DNA from: an uncultured Kangiella sp.
GTDB taxonomy: Bacteria > Pseudomonadota > Gammaproteobacteria > Enterobacterales > Kangiellaceae
Assembly: GCA_964476655.1 (NCBI GenBank)
Contig: CAYZBK010000001.1
Location: 34,054-98,053, forward strand
DNA length: 64,000 bases
Reading direction: 5' to 3'
The notes below the pieces were generated by a model. That model saw only the letters and a program-made list of their open reading frames with translations. It ran no database searches and was not told where the DNA came from. Positions 39,219 to 49,651 of the stretch are shown in pieces. The first letter of the stretch is position 1, and every line of letters begins with the position of its first letter. The translations under genes were made by a program, and so were the position numbers.

Positions 39219-39959
39219 ATGATTGCATTATTCGCTAGTATTTTCGCCTTAGGTATAGGACCTTTAATCTATCAAACTTTTGGCCCACTACGACGAACGG
39301 ATAAAATTGTTAGCGGATTTATTTTAGCCTTTATATTAATCACACTATTTTTAGAAGTATTACCCGAAACATTTAGCTTAATTGGCTACCTTGCATTCAT
39401 CTTGGTTTTTATTGGTTTTTATGGACCAACGTTAATAGAAAAACAATTTAAAAAGTTGGCAACTAAAACACATTTATTAACGATTGTATTGGGGCTTTTA
39501 GGGCTTGTTTTACATGCAACTATTGACGGTGCGGCTTTGTATCCAAGTGATTCTGCAATTCAATACGAAAACTTATCTGTAGCAATTATTCTTCATCGTT
39601 TACCCGTAGGTTTAACTATTTGGTGGTTACTCAAACCGCTTTTAGGCGAACGTTACGCCTTATCTACATTGCTTGCTATGGCGTTGGCGACTACGGGAGG
39701 TTATTTTCTTAGCATGGAATTAAAGGATTATTTCTCTAATGATTTTTTTGTTGCATTGCAAGCGCTTATAAGTGGCTCATTATTGCATGTCATCCTACAT
39801 AAGCCCTATGCTGATGGTTGTATGCATACAAGCTTAGATCATTCTCATCAACATCCGGTTAAAAACAAAATAAAATCATTCTTACCAGAACGATGGGAGC
39901 TATTGGGAATTTTTTTCGCTTTATTGGTCACTTCTATTTTACACCTGTTTTTTGAGTGA
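39219..39959 (+). CDS. Polytopic membrane protein, distantly ZIP-like (possible divalent-metal transporter)
   Basis: 246 aa with about 7-8 hydrophobic helices. Blocks LHATIDGAAL and ILHRLPVGL resemble the ZIP H..DG and H..PEG motifs. There is also a His-rich loop, HTSLDHSHQH. The assignment is tentative. Confidence 0.4.
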   Translation: MIALFASIFALGIGPLIYQTFGPLRRTDKIVSGFILAFILITLFLEVLPETFSLIGYLAFILVFIGFYGPTLIEKQFKKLATKTHLLTIVLGLLGLVLHATIDGAALYPSDSAIQYENLSVAIILHRLPVGLTIWWLLKPLLGERYALSTLLAMALATTGGYFLSMELKDYFSNDFFVALQALISGSLLHVILHKPYADGCMHTSLDHSHQHPVKNKIKSFLPERWELLGIFFALLVTSILHLFFE

Positions 39960-40062
39960 TTTATAATAGTTGATTTAGTTTTAACTAAATCATTCTAATT
40001 TCATATTGGTTTTGCTGTCCGCAATAAATTTAAACTGAATACAAATATAGGAAATTAATTTT

Positions 40063-40701
40063 ATGAAAAATCAACTTTTTAAATATTTTTTTTCACTCGT
40101 TAGTTTACTATTTTTAATTAATTTAGCTGCTTGCGCATCAATGGATAAGTCTGAATGTACTGCGGCCAATTGGGAAATTATTGGTCTAGAGGACGGCAGC
40201 AAAGGTAGAAAATCGAATTATATAGGCCATCATCGTAAGGCATGTGTAAAGCATCATATTGCTCCAAATTTAACTCAGTATTTAAAAGGGCATAAAGTAG
40301 GCGTGCAACAATTTTGTACTGCAGAAAATGGCTATCAGCAAGGTAAACAAGGGAGCAAGAACAATGGTGTTTGTCCACCAAACATATTTAAAGAATTCAA
40401 TAGAGGCTTTAATCAAGGAAGTCATATTTATGCTATACAAACTAATATAAACCAAGTTGAAAATAATCTTAACCAGCTTAATCAACAATTACAACAAATT
40501 GAAAATGATATTCATTTAAAAGAAGAAGAAATTATCAATACAAATGGACAATATCAACGACGTGAAATACTCGCTCAAATAAAAGATTTACAAAGAAACT
40601 CAAAGTCTATTCAATTCAAAATAAATAATTTAGAGATAGAATTATATCGACAAGAAGAAACATACCAAGGTTTAATTAATACACCTTATCAAAAATACTG
40701 A
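40063..40701 (+). CDS. Lipoprotein with a DUF2799-like N-domain and a Q/N-rich coiled-coil tail
   Basis: Lipobox LAACAS. A Cys-containing repeat pattern (C..ANWEIIGLEDGSKGR, FCTAENGYQQGKQG) is followed by a heptad-like, Q/N/E-rich C-terminus. Confidence 0.6.
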   Translation: MKNQLFKYFFSLVSLLFLINLAACASMDKSECTAANWEIIGLEDGSKGRKSNYIGHHRKACVKHHIAPNLTQYLKGHKVGVQQFCTAENGYQQGKQGSKNNGVCPPNIFKEFNRGFNQGSHIYAIQTNINQVENNLNQLNQQLQQIENDIHLKEEEIINTNGQYQRREILAQIKDLQRNSKSIQFKINNLEIELYRQEETYQGLINTPYQKY

Positions 40702-40727
40702 ATAAGGAAATTAAACTCAAAATAAAT

Positions 40728-42476
40728 TTAGTTATTTCCTTTAGCCAAAGCGCCAGGACGTCGACTGTCTGAAAAGCCATAAAAAAGTCCATTATGATAT
40801 TCAACAGTTTGTAAACTACCCCAAGGGTTATAAAATTTAATATTATGCCCTTTCGCTTTCAAAATGTTAGCACTATCAATAGGAAAACCTTTTTCTAACA
40901 TTAAGGTTTCGGGATACCATTGGTGATGAAATCTCGGGGTTAATGTTGCACTCGCAATGTTCATTCCGTGAACCATTTTATTCAATAAAAAATTAAGTAC
41001 TATGGTAATAATACGGCTTCCTCCAGGACTACCTGTCGCTAACCAAGGCATTGATTTGTTAAGAACGATAACAGGAGTCATAGAGCTAAGCGGACGTTTT
41101 TCTGATTCAATTGAGTTAGCCTCCCCTCCCAACAAACCATAACCATTTGGTACACCCGGTTTAGAAGAAAAATCATCCATTTCATTATTAAGTAATATGC
41201 CTGTACCTGGCACAGTAATACCAGAGCCAAAACTAAAGTTAAGAGTATAAGTATTTGAAACCATATTACCGTCTTTATCAATTACTGAAAAATGTGTCGT
41301 TTGTGGACTTTCTTGCGATAGGTACCTTCCTGGAGAAATTTCTTTTGAATTGAGAACACGTTTTTTAGAAATCTTTGTCGCAATGATTTTTGCATAAGCG
41401 GGAGAAAGTAATTTTTTAACTGGTATATTAACAAAATCAGGATCACCTAAATAACGACTGCGATCAGCGTAAGCAAACTTCATTGCTTCAGTAATAATAT
41501 GAGTGGAGTCTGCAGTATTAACGCCACTCGTCTTTATATCAAAATGTTTAAGTATATTTAAAAGTTGTATCAAATGTATGCCTCCAGAACTAGGAGGAGG
41601 CATAGAATAAATAGATGAACCGGCAAAATTAGTTTCTACGGGTTTTCTCCAAACCGTCTTATAACTCTTTAAATCAGCTAGCGTCATAATACCTTGTTGT
41701 GATTGAATGAAATCAATAATTTTTTTTGCTATTTTTCCCTGATAAAAAGATTTCCCTTTTGAAAGTGAAATAGATTTTAATACTTCTGCTAACTCCAACT
41801 GTTTAATTGAATCATTGATTGTCCAATCACTGCCATCAGATTTAAAGTAGGTTGCTATTGACGCTTCAGATTTTGATAAGTAATCACGTTTTCTATTAAG
41901 CGATTCTGCCATAGAAAATGTCATAGATAAATTTTTGGCTAAATTAATTGCAGGTTGCATAACTTGTGAAAGCGGCAATTTGCCATATTTTTCATGCGCT
42001 TCTAACAAACCAGCAACAGTACCAGGAACACCTGCCGATAAAACAGAATATCTTGATTTATTATTATCAACATCTGATCGCCAGTTTAAATACATGTCCC
42101 TCGTCGATTTTTTAGGTGCTTTTTCTCTATAATCTAAAGCTTTTATTTGATGATTTTTTTGATCATAAATCATCATAAAACCTCCTCCTCCTAAGTTACC
42201 GGCTCTTGGCAGTGTGACGGCAAGAGCAAAACCAATAGCAACAGCCGCATCAACAGCATTTCCGCCAAGATTAAGCGCTTCGAGTCCGACCTCAGTAGCG
42301 CGTGATTCTTGGGTCGCAACCATGCCCTTAGTGGCCACCATTGGTTGTACTGTGGATGGAAAGCTTAATATTGCTTTATTTTCAATTGGCAATGCATAAG
42401 GACAGAGAAAAAAAGGTAATAAAATTAACAATTTGACAAAGTTAATTTTATTAATAAATAGCTTATCTTTTTTCAT
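40728..42476 (-). CDS. ggt: Gamma-glutamyltransferase
   Basis: 582 aa with a signal sequence. The autoprocessing nucleophile block is PQTTHFSVIDKDGNMVS. Other family blocks are PPSSGG, GSPGGSRI and MDDFS. Confidence 0.9.
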   Translation of the reverse strand: MKKDKLFINKINFVKLLILLPFFLCPYALPIENKAILSFPSTVQPMVATKGMVATQESRATEVGLEALNLGGNAVDAAVAIGFALAVTLPRAGNLGGGGFMMIYDQKNHQIKALDYREKAPKKSTRDMYLNWRSDVDNNKSRYSVLSAGVPGTVAGLLEAHEKYGKLPLSQVMQPAINLAKNLSMTFSMAESLNRKRDYLSKSEASIATYFKSDGSDWTINDSIKQLELAEVLKSISLSKGKSFYQGKIAKKIIDFIQSQQGIMTLADLKSYKTVWRKPVETNFAGSSIYSMPPPSSGGIHLIQLLNILKHFDIKTSGVNTADSTHIITEAMKFAYADRSRYLGDPDFVNIPVKKLLSPAYAKIIATKISKKRVLNSKEISPGRYLSQESPQTTHFSVIDKDGNMVSNTYTLNFSFGSGITVPGTGILLNNEMDDFSSKPGVPNGYGLLGGEANSIESEKRPLSSMTPVIVLNKSMPWLATGSPGGSRIITIVLNFLLNKMVHGMNIASATLTPRFHHQWYPETLMLEKGFPIDSANILKAKGHNIKFYNPWGSLQTVEYHNGLFYGFSDSRRPGALAKGNN

Positions 42477-42498
42477 AACAGCTCCACTAATAAGGTGA

Positions 42499-45400
42499 CT
42501 AAGTTATCATCTCAACTATATGTAATTGACCGTTTTTTTGCATTTCAAAAAAATCATATTCTATATTACTAATTGTCGAAATAGGTACATTCAAAGAAAT
42601 TTCTATGCTTGATTGTTTTTTATCTTTTGTATTTTGATGATGAAGCTGAGTAATTAAATCTGTTATTTTAAGTAACTCATCTTTTTTAGTAATATCCGAT
42701 TTAGTAATATCTATCATTGTCAAAGAGACCTTCGTTTTAGTAAACAAACCGTTAGACACTTCAAATTGACTTCTAATAATTTTATGCCTTAAATTAATAA
42801 TGCTATCTCGAAATAAATTTTCATTTTCTTCATTACTTAAAATCAAAAACATGCCATTTTGCACGCAAAATATTTGATTGTCGGAACTCACTTTTTGCCT
42901 GATGTAAATAGAGACTTTTGCTGACAACTCTGCGGCTGCTAGCGGGCCAAAATTTGTATAATTGTTGATATAATCATTTAGTTCAATAACCGCTACCATT
43001 TTATAATAAGAGTAATTAGTTAAACCAGCTATTCCGTTAAAACTTGTTATAGACTCATCTTCAATGTTACTTAAATAATTTAATCGATAGAAGCCAGTAA
43101 CAGGATCACGATATTTTTCTACATCTAATAATTGTTCATTTAACTTTATTTTTTCACTTAAGTCTGACATTTCATTTTCATGAAGCGTTAATTCGACTTT
43201 TAATGCATCGTTATCAAACCTTAACTTTTTCAACCTTAAACGTTCAATATTCATTTTTTTATCTACTTTATTAATCTTCCGTTTATAATGAAATGCTGAG
43301 TAAAATAAAATAAAAATAAAAAACATTACCATAATAATACTTAATAAATAATAAGCATTAGAACTATTCCAAAAATTAGTTTTAACAATAATATTAAGAT
43401 TTTTTGCAACACCTAGCCAGTTACCACCAGAGCGCTTAGATTCTATTTCTAGAACATAACTCCCTTCGGAAAGCCCTGCAACAATCAAGTTATTCCTAGT
43501 ACCTAAATAATTCCAATCTTGATTAATCTCAACAATTCTTGAACGATACAATTGAGTCCCTAGTTTTTCATAATTAATGTAGATAAAAGTGATATCTATT
43601 GATGGCTCATCATCTTCTTGAATAATTGTAGGACTGTCAGAATGATTAAGCTGGTAGACACTAATTTCTCTAGAGCCTGATCTTACATTTGTAAAAAGAA
43701 TTGATCTATCTTGATTAGCGGGAAGGTCTTTTACATCATTAACAATTGTTATGCCGTTAATACTTCCAAAATATAATCTTCCCGTACTATCAGAGAAATA
43801 GGCTCCAGTATTAAATTCATCACTTGACAACCCATCAACTCTTCTAAACAACTCCATTGCTTCTTTATTTTTAGAAAACTTCACTAAACCAAGTGTTGTA
43901 CTAAACCACAAGTCATTATTCTTATCTTCCAAAATTCCGTAAATAGAATTATTTGGCAAGCCTTCATAAGTTGTTATACGTTTAAAATGAAAATTATTAT
44001 TGTTAATTGATGCACGGTTTAATCGATTTAGACCATCAGCAGTCCCAATCCATAAAAAACCTAAACTATCTTCATAAATAACTTGTACAATATTATTGGA
44101 AATACTTTGTGAGTTATTTTGATCATATTGAAAATGATGCCACTCATCTAGTTTAACTTTATATAAAAGTAATCCCGCATAACCACCAATCCAAAAATCT
44201 CCGTTTTGATCATCTATAATTGTAGAAACATTAGTACTAATCGCTTTAAAACCGTGGGGGAATTTATGTGTGAAATCAGTGAGTTTAACAGTCAACTCTT
44301 CATTGTTCTTGTTGATACTGATTACTTTCAGTAGCCCTTTATCTGTACATAACCAAATAGTGCCATTATGATCTTCATGAATTTTATTAACATCCTCTAT
44401 TTTATCAACCTTTTGATTGTCAATATAAAATACTGTATTGATTATTTTTTTATCTATTGTATTAACAAGGTTCAATTCAGATAAACTGGCAATCCAAAGT
44501 CGTTCATCAAGATCAATTAATAAGCTGTATACTGTTTCACCATAAGTAATATTATGTTCATTAAGTGGTCTAGAAATCTTTCCTGTTAACAAATTATAAT
44601 TAATTAAACCTCCACCATAACTTGCTAACCACAAATTTTGAAACCTATCTTTTTCTATACCATGAATTGTATTGTTACTGCCAATAGAAATTGTATCGGT
44701 TCTTGAAAGTAGATGTTCAAATTGATGTTGATTAGGATCTAAAAGGTTAACGCCTGCACCATAAGTCCCTAACCAAATAAGATTTTGATCATCAACAAAA
44801 AGTGAATAAATATCATTGCCGGACAATCCTTCTTTTGAAAAACTTTTTTCTATATAACGTTCAAACTTGTTCTTGTTTTTATTGAACTTATTGAGTCCAT
44901 TCGCTGTAGCCACCCATAAGAAACCATTTTTATCAACCACTAAATCTTGAATGGAATTATTACTAAGTGATTGTTGATCGTTCTTTTGATGAGAAAAATA
45001 ACTCACTTCATTAGAAGTTATATTATATTTAATTAAGCCTTTTTTACTACCTATCCAAAGAATATTTTTGTCGATTTTAATGTTAGATATCGGTATATTT
45101 TTTATTTTTTCAAAAGCGTTTTTTTCACATAAGTTTGAGAGTTCCCAATTAGACTTTTTTATTTTATAGATACAGTTTTTCCCTGCTGCATAAATATAAT
45201 TATTTGATTCAGCAATAGATTTTATTGTTGAATCAATAATTTCACCGGTCGGAGATCTATAAGGTAATATTTTCTTATCATCATTTCTATTAAAATAGAA
45301 CAAGCCATCATTAGAAGCAATCCAAACGATTGAGTTTTTTGAATAAACCAAATCATGAATAATATTTTTTAATTCTGGATTTATTAATGCATAATTAGTG

Positions 45401-45777
45401 AACTTTTCATTTTTTGGATTGTAAAAACTTAAACCAGAAACCGTACCAATCCATATGCCATAATCGGTCTCTTCAACTAAACTTATAACCCAGTTTTCAT
45501 GGAGGGAACTATTGATTTTATGATCGTGTCTAAATATTTTAAATTCATAACTATCAAAGCGATTTAGCCCATCTTCGGTTGCTAACCAGATATAACCATT
45601 ACTGTCTTGAATAATTTCACTTACAACACTTTGAGACAAACCTTCTTCAATAGACAAACGTTGTACTTTAAATTCTTTTTGATATCGATAATCTTGTTGA
45701 TTGGAGTAAACATTCATGCACGCCAAAAAATTTAATGCTAGAAGGATTGGAAAATATTTGGCTAGCGGCTTTCTCAA
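42499..45777 (-). CDS. Periplasmic beta-propeller (two-component regulator propeller + Y_Y_Y type) sensor with one TM helix, a coiled coil and a degenerate GGDEF-like C-terminal domain
   Basis: 1092 aa with a signal peptide. Many repeats of the pattern D..G.IW.GT..GL..F/Y run over about 650 aa. The TM helix is YYLLSIIMVMFFIFILFY. The C-terminus begins RDPVTGFYRLNYL, but the GGDEF site reads QNGMF. TTG start in the track. Confidence 0.75.
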   Translation of the reverse strand: MRKPLAKYFPILLALNFLACMNVYSNQQDYRYQKEFKVQRLSIEEGLSQSVVSEIIQDSNGYIWLATEDGLNRFDSYEFKIFRHDHKINSSLHENWVISLVEETDYGIWIGTVSGLSFYNPKNEKFTNYALINPELKNIIHDLVYSKNSIVWIASNDGLFYFNRNDDKKILPYRSPTGEIIDSTIKSIAESNNYIYAAGKNCIYKIKKSNWELSNLCEKNAFEKIKNIPISNIKIDKNILWIGSKKGLIKYNITSNEVSYFSHQKNDQQSLSNNSIQDLVVDKNGFLWVATANGLNKFNKNKNKFERYIEKSFSKEGLSGNDIYSLFVDDQNLIWLGTYGAGVNLLDPNQHQFEHLLSRTDTISIGSNNTIHGIEKDRFQNLWLASYGGGLINYNLLTGKISRPLNEHNITYGETVYSLLIDLDERLWIASLSELNLVNTIDKKIINTVFYIDNQKVDKIEDVNKIHEDHNGTIWLCTDKGLLKVISINKNNEELTVKLTDFTHKFPHGFKAISTNVSTIIDDQNGDFWIGGYAGLLLYKVKLDEWHHFQYDQNNSQSISNNIVQVIYEDSLGFLWIGTADGLNRLNRASINNNNFHFKRITTYEGLPNNSIYGILEDKNNDLWFSTTLGLVKFSKNKEAMELFRRVDGLSSDEFNTGAYFSDSTGRLYFGSINGITIVNDVKDLPANQDRSILFTNVRSGSREISVYQLNHSDSPTIIQEDDEPSIDITFIYINYEKLGTQLYRSRIVEINQDWNYLGTRNNLIVAGLSEGSYVLEIESKRSGGNWLGVAKNLNIIVKTNFWNSSNAYYLLSIIMVMFFIFILFYSAFHYKRKINKVDKKMNIERLRLKKLRFDNDALKVELTLHENEMSDLSEKIKLNEQLLDVEKYRDPVTGFYRLNYLSNIEDESITSFNGIAGLTNYSYYKMVAVIELNDYINNYTNFGPLAAAELSAKVSIYIRQKVSSDNQIFCVQNGMFLILSNEENENLFRDSIINLRHKIIRSQFEVSNGLFTKTKVSLTMIDITKSDITKKDELLKITDLITQLHHQNTKDKKQSSIEISLNVPISTISNIEYDFFEMQKNGQLHIVEMIT

Positions 45778-45817
45778 AGTTAAAATCTCTAGTGAATAAC
45801 AACGTGAGTTAATTTTA

Positions 45818-46369
45818 TTATTTAAAAACGCTCTTGCTAAAGTTTTCTGGTTTCATTCCTATTTTGTCTGAATAAAACTTTGATATTTTTTCTAAGTCGA
45901 AATATTTATCCTTAGATAAATAAAATAATGGACCAAATCCTGATTGTTTTTTGCTGTGATCTAAGAATGCACATAAAACAGGAATGTTGGCTTTATAAGC
46001 AATATGATAAAATCCGCTTTTCCAATGATCTAAATATTTTCTAGTTCCTTCCGGTGATAAACCAAAAATCATTTCATCGCTTTGTTTAAATTCGCTAACA
46101 ATAAAATCGACCATATCATGTCGGCTTGACCTCTCTATAGGTAAACCACCCAGCTTACGTAATAACCAACCAAGTGGGCCAATAAATAGAGTGTGTTTAC
46201 CAATAAAGACTAACTTTAATTTAAACACTATTTTTACAAGTAAAAATATTACAAAATCCCAGTTAGACGTATGAGGAGCAAATATAACAACGTATTTTTT
46301 TTCTTTTGGCAACTCACCGACTATTTGCCAACCAAATAGCTTAAGTAACAAGAGAGCTATTTTAGCCAA
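45818..46369 (-). CDS. PlsC-family acyltransferase (small, 183 aa)
   Basis: HX4D motif (APHTSNWDF) and SPEGTRK block. TTG start 2 nt after the purF stop. Confidence 0.7.
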   Translation of the reverse strand: MAKIALLLLKLFGWQIVGELPKEKKYVVIFAPHTSNWDFVIFLLVKIVFKLKLVFIGKHTLFIGPLGWLLRKLGGLPIERSSRHDMVDFIVSEFKQSDEMIFGLSPEGTRKYLDHWKSGFYHIAYKANIPVLCAFLDHSKKQSGFGPLFYLSKDKYFDLEKISKFYSDKIGMKPENFSKSVFK

Positions 46370-46371
46370 TA

Positions 46372-47922
46372 TTACGAACCACCAACATTATGCAATTCAA
46401 TACTACTTTCAAAATCTTTACCGTCATCAAGATCATCTTTTATATTTTCAAGATTTTTTGGTGTTTTAGCTAAATCATTTCGTTCATCATCTAAGCGCTG
46501 TAAATAAGCCTGATCAATATCACCGGTCACATATTCACCATTAAATACAGATGTATCATAACGAGTAATATTAGGGTTACCTTCACGGCAGGTATCAATC
46601 AAGTCTTGTAAGTCTTGGTAAATCAATCGATCAGCACCAATCAATTCTGCTACTTGATCATTCGTTCGATTATGTGCAATTAATTCTTTCGCTGATGCCA
46701 TATCAATACCATACACATTAGGATAACGTACTGGAGGAGCTGCTGATGCAAAATAAACTTTATTGGCACCAGCATCTCTCGCCATTTCTACAATTTGTTG
46801 ACTAGTCGTTCCTCGAACAATTGAATCATCAACTAACAAAACGTTTTTTCCTTTAAACTCTAAACCAATCGCATTTAATTTTTGTCGTACAGATTTTTTT
46901 CGAATTTCCTGCCCTGGCATAATAAATGTTCTACCAATATATCTGTTTTTGACAAAACCATGTCGTAATTTAATATTTAATTTATGCGCTAACTGCATTG
47001 CACTAGTCGTTGATGTATCAGGAATTGGAATGACAACATCAATATCATGATCTGACCATTCGTTATTTATTTTATCGGCTAATTTTTCACCCATTCTTAA
47101 ACGTGATCGATAAACAGAAATGTCATCCATAAAAGAATCTGGTCGGGCTAAATACACATGCTCAAATATACAAGGAGCTTGCTCGACAACTTCTGAACAT
47201 TGCTGGCTATGTAGCTGACCTTTTGAGTCAATAAAAATGGCTTCGCCTGGTTTTACATCTCTTACAAGAGTAAATCCTAAAGCATCAAGCGCAACACTTT
47301 CTGAAGCGACCATATATTCATTGACACCATTGACCATTTTTTTACCAAAGACTGCCGGTCTAATTCCATAGGCATCACGAAAACAAACCATGCCGTAGCC
47401 AGCTATTAATGCGACGGCTGCATAAGCGCCTTTGCATCGTTTATAAACTTTTTCAATGGCTTTAAAAAGTACATCAGGAGAAAGATTGTCAGATTGATTT
47501 TGCTGTAACTCGTGTGCAAAAATATTAAGTAAAACTTCGGAATCAGAACTGGTATTAATATGTCGTCTATCAGTTTCCCATAATTCTTTTTTTAATTCAT
47601 TTTTGTTGGTTAAATTACCATTATGTGCGAGAACAATACCATAAGGAGAGTTTACGTACAGAGGCTGTGCTTCTGCAGAGCTTGAACATCCGGCGGTAGG
47701 ATAACGTACATGTCCAACACCAATATTTCCTTGTAAACGACGCATATCACGAGTATGAAATACATCTTTAACTAAGCCATTGGCCTTACGTAAAAACATT
47801 TTCCCATCTTTTAGGGTAACGATGCCTGCAGCATCTTGTCCTCTATGTTGCAAAACAGTCAATGCATCATATAAACTTTGATTAACTGGAGAAGAACTAT
47901 AAATACCGACAATGCCACACAT
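46372..47922 (-). CDS. purF: Amidophosphoribosyltransferase
   Basis: N-terminal nucleophile [18 protein letters not shown], and PRTase motif [13 protein letters not shown]. 516 aa. Confidence 0.94.
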   Translation of the reverse strand: MCGIVGIYSSSPVNQSLYDALTVLQHRGQDAAGIVTLKDGKMFLRKANGLVKDVFHTRDMRRLQGNIGVGHVRYPTAGCSSSAEAQPLYVNSPYGIVLAHNGNLTNKNELKKELWETDRRHINTSSDSEVLLNIFAHELQQNQSDNLSPDVLFKAIEKVYKRCKGAYAAVALIAGYGMVCFRDAYGIRPAVFGKKMVNGVNEYMVASESVALDALGFTLVRDVKPGEAIFIDSKGQLHSQQCSEVVEQAPCIFEHVYLARPDSFMDDISVYRSRLRMGEKLADKINNEWSDHDIDVVIPIPDTSTTSAMQLAHKLNIKLRHGFVKNRYIGRTFIMPGQEIRKKSVRQKLNAIGLEFKGKNVLLVDDSIVRGTTSQQIVEMARDAGANKVYFASAAPPVRYPNVYGIDMASAKELIAHNRTNDQVAELIGADRLIYQDLQDLIDTCREGNPNITRYDTSVFNGEYVTGDIDQAYLQRLDDERNDLAKTPKNLENIKDDLDDGKDFESSIELHNVGGS

Positions 47923-48100
47923 GATATGAAAACCTTATTTAAAAATAAATCATATAAATAATTGCAAAACTACAATTAAATTATCTTTGTAAAACTCAAT
48001 TTTTCTTTCTAAATAACAATATTATTTCTATAACAATACTGTCTTTATAATAATCCTTGTTGAAACCATTGTTTGCTCCAATTGCTAAACCAAATGCCAA

Positions 48101-48607
48101 TCATTTAATCAACGGCAAATGGGATGTAACGTTAGGTAAAACTTCATCCACCTGATCATAAAACCAATTTCCTAATATTTCGACATGGGGGATTAATTGA
48201 GATGTACTCCACCATTTATCTTGTTCAACGTGGGTAAATTGACGTAACAATAAGACCACAACAGAAATGATTAAAACACCTCTTAGAGCCCCAAATGCCA
48301 TCCCCATAATTCGATCCATTCCACTTAGCCCGGCTCTTTCGATTAACTGACTAAGAATGTAGTTAATTAAGCCGCTGATAGTTAGCGTAATAACAAAAAG
48401 TAATGCCCAGGATACCGCGTACCTTAAACTTGGCGTATCGATATATGAATTAAGTAAGGAAGAAAATTCTAGATAAAAGCTTTTTGCCACAAAAAAGGCA
48501 AGTATCCAGCCTGCTAAAGACAAGGCTTCACGAACAAAACCTCGCAGCAAGCTAATGCCTGCAGATATTGCAATAATTATTAATATAGCCCAATCTATCC
48601 ACTGCAT
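48101..48607 (-). CDS. cvpA: Colicin V production membrane protein CvpA
   Basis: 168 aa with 4 TM helices and N-terminus MQWIDWAILIII..SLLRGFVREA. It lies between dedD and purF as in E. coli. Confidence 0.85.
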   Translation of the reverse strand: MQWIDWAILIIIAISAGISLLRGFVREALSLAGWILAFFVAKSFYLEFSSLLNSYIDTPSLRYAVSWALLFVITLTISGLINYILSQLIERAGLSGMDRIMGMAFGALRGVLIISVVVLLLRQFTHVEQDKWWSTSQLIPHVEILGNWFYDQVDEVLPNVTSHLPLIK

Positions 48608-48739
48608 AAGAATAATGTTCTATCATTTAGGTTTGTGATGCGAATTTTAACAAATAAGCCCAGTGTTGGTAACCTATTTATGCCTTAAGCTTGCAATCAT
48701 TTCTTAAGAGTTTATTTTGATGGCTAAAGAAGATCATAT

Positions 48740-49384
48740 TTAATGCTCAATAGGGTCAAAGACTTTGAGCATCGACTGAGTTTTACTCACATGATTGATT
48801 TTTGGAAGTGCCTTTGATGCAGTCATTTTTTCAATATAAGGGCCAACATAAACTCGATAAAGCTGATTATTGCTTGAAATAATTTTTCTGCGGTAGGCTT
48901 TAAAGTTTTTCGCTTTTAGTTTATCGATCATTTTTTGAGCATTACTTTTTTTCGAAAAACTTGCGACTTGAATAACCCAAGCAGCTCCTCGATAACTTTT
49001 ATCGATTGTCTTTTTTTCCGGTTTTTCAAGTTTTTTTGCTTTTTTTATTTTATCTTTTTCTACTGATAGCTTTATTGATTTATGTTTTTTTGAATCAACC
49101 GTAGGCATTTTTTTTGAACTTGATTTGCTATTAACCTGAGTTGTTATTTCGTTAGATTGTTGTGCCAGTGCAGACGATACGGATTCAAAATTGGTTTCAT
49201 CGATAACCTTATCAATTTTTGCTGTATCAATTTTGTATTCACTTAACGCAATTGGCTTAGCAGGTATTTTGCTAATAAAAGGACCATTATCAACCTTTTC
49301 TTTTAATATTGCCGGTAAAAAAATAATCGCCAATGCAATTAATACAATAGCGCCAATAATACGCTGCTTTAAACGGTTATCCAC
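48740..49384 (-). CDS. dedD: SPOR-domain cell-division protein DedD-like
   Basis: N-terminal TM helix (IIGAIVLIALAIIFLPAIL), a Lys/Ser-rich linker, and a C-terminal SPOR-like block (AWVIQVASFSKKSNAQKMIDKLKAKNFKAY...YRVYVGPY). GTG start. It occupies the folC-dedD-cvpA position. Confidence 0.75.
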   Translation of the reverse strand: MDNRLKQRIIGAIVLIALAIIFLPAILKEKVDNGPFISKIPAKPIALSEYKIDTAKIDKVIDETNFESVSSALAQQSNEITTQVNSKSSSKKMPTVDSKKHKSIKLSVEKDKIKKAKKLEKPEKKTIDKSYRGAAWVIQVASFSKKSNAQKMIDKLKAKNFKAYRRKIISSNNQLYRVYVGPYIEKMTASKALPKINHVSKTQSMLKVFDPIEH

Positions 49385-49651
49385 AAGAAGATCTCTGTCG
49401 TAAAATAATGTAAGAAGCTAGATTAACAATTTTGGCGCTAATAATGAAGTCGATAAGCTTTAATTTACAATTTATTGCCATTTATGACTCAGCGCAGCAA
49501 AAATAGAGCCAAATCTTGCTTAATATACTTAAAGCAATTTCTAAGAAAATGTTTTGTATAGTCACCACCTCTACTATCGATTTATGCTAGTGATATTTTA
49601 TAGCTAAAGCACGCAAAATGAGAATCGACTAGTTCAAAAAACGTTCAATAT

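Noticed and set aside
39971-39992. An AT-rich hairpin (tgatttag...ctaaatca) after the ZIP-like gene, considered as a possible operon terminator.
   Set aside because: The 8-bp stem has only two G:C pairs and a poor T-tract. It is too weak to call.
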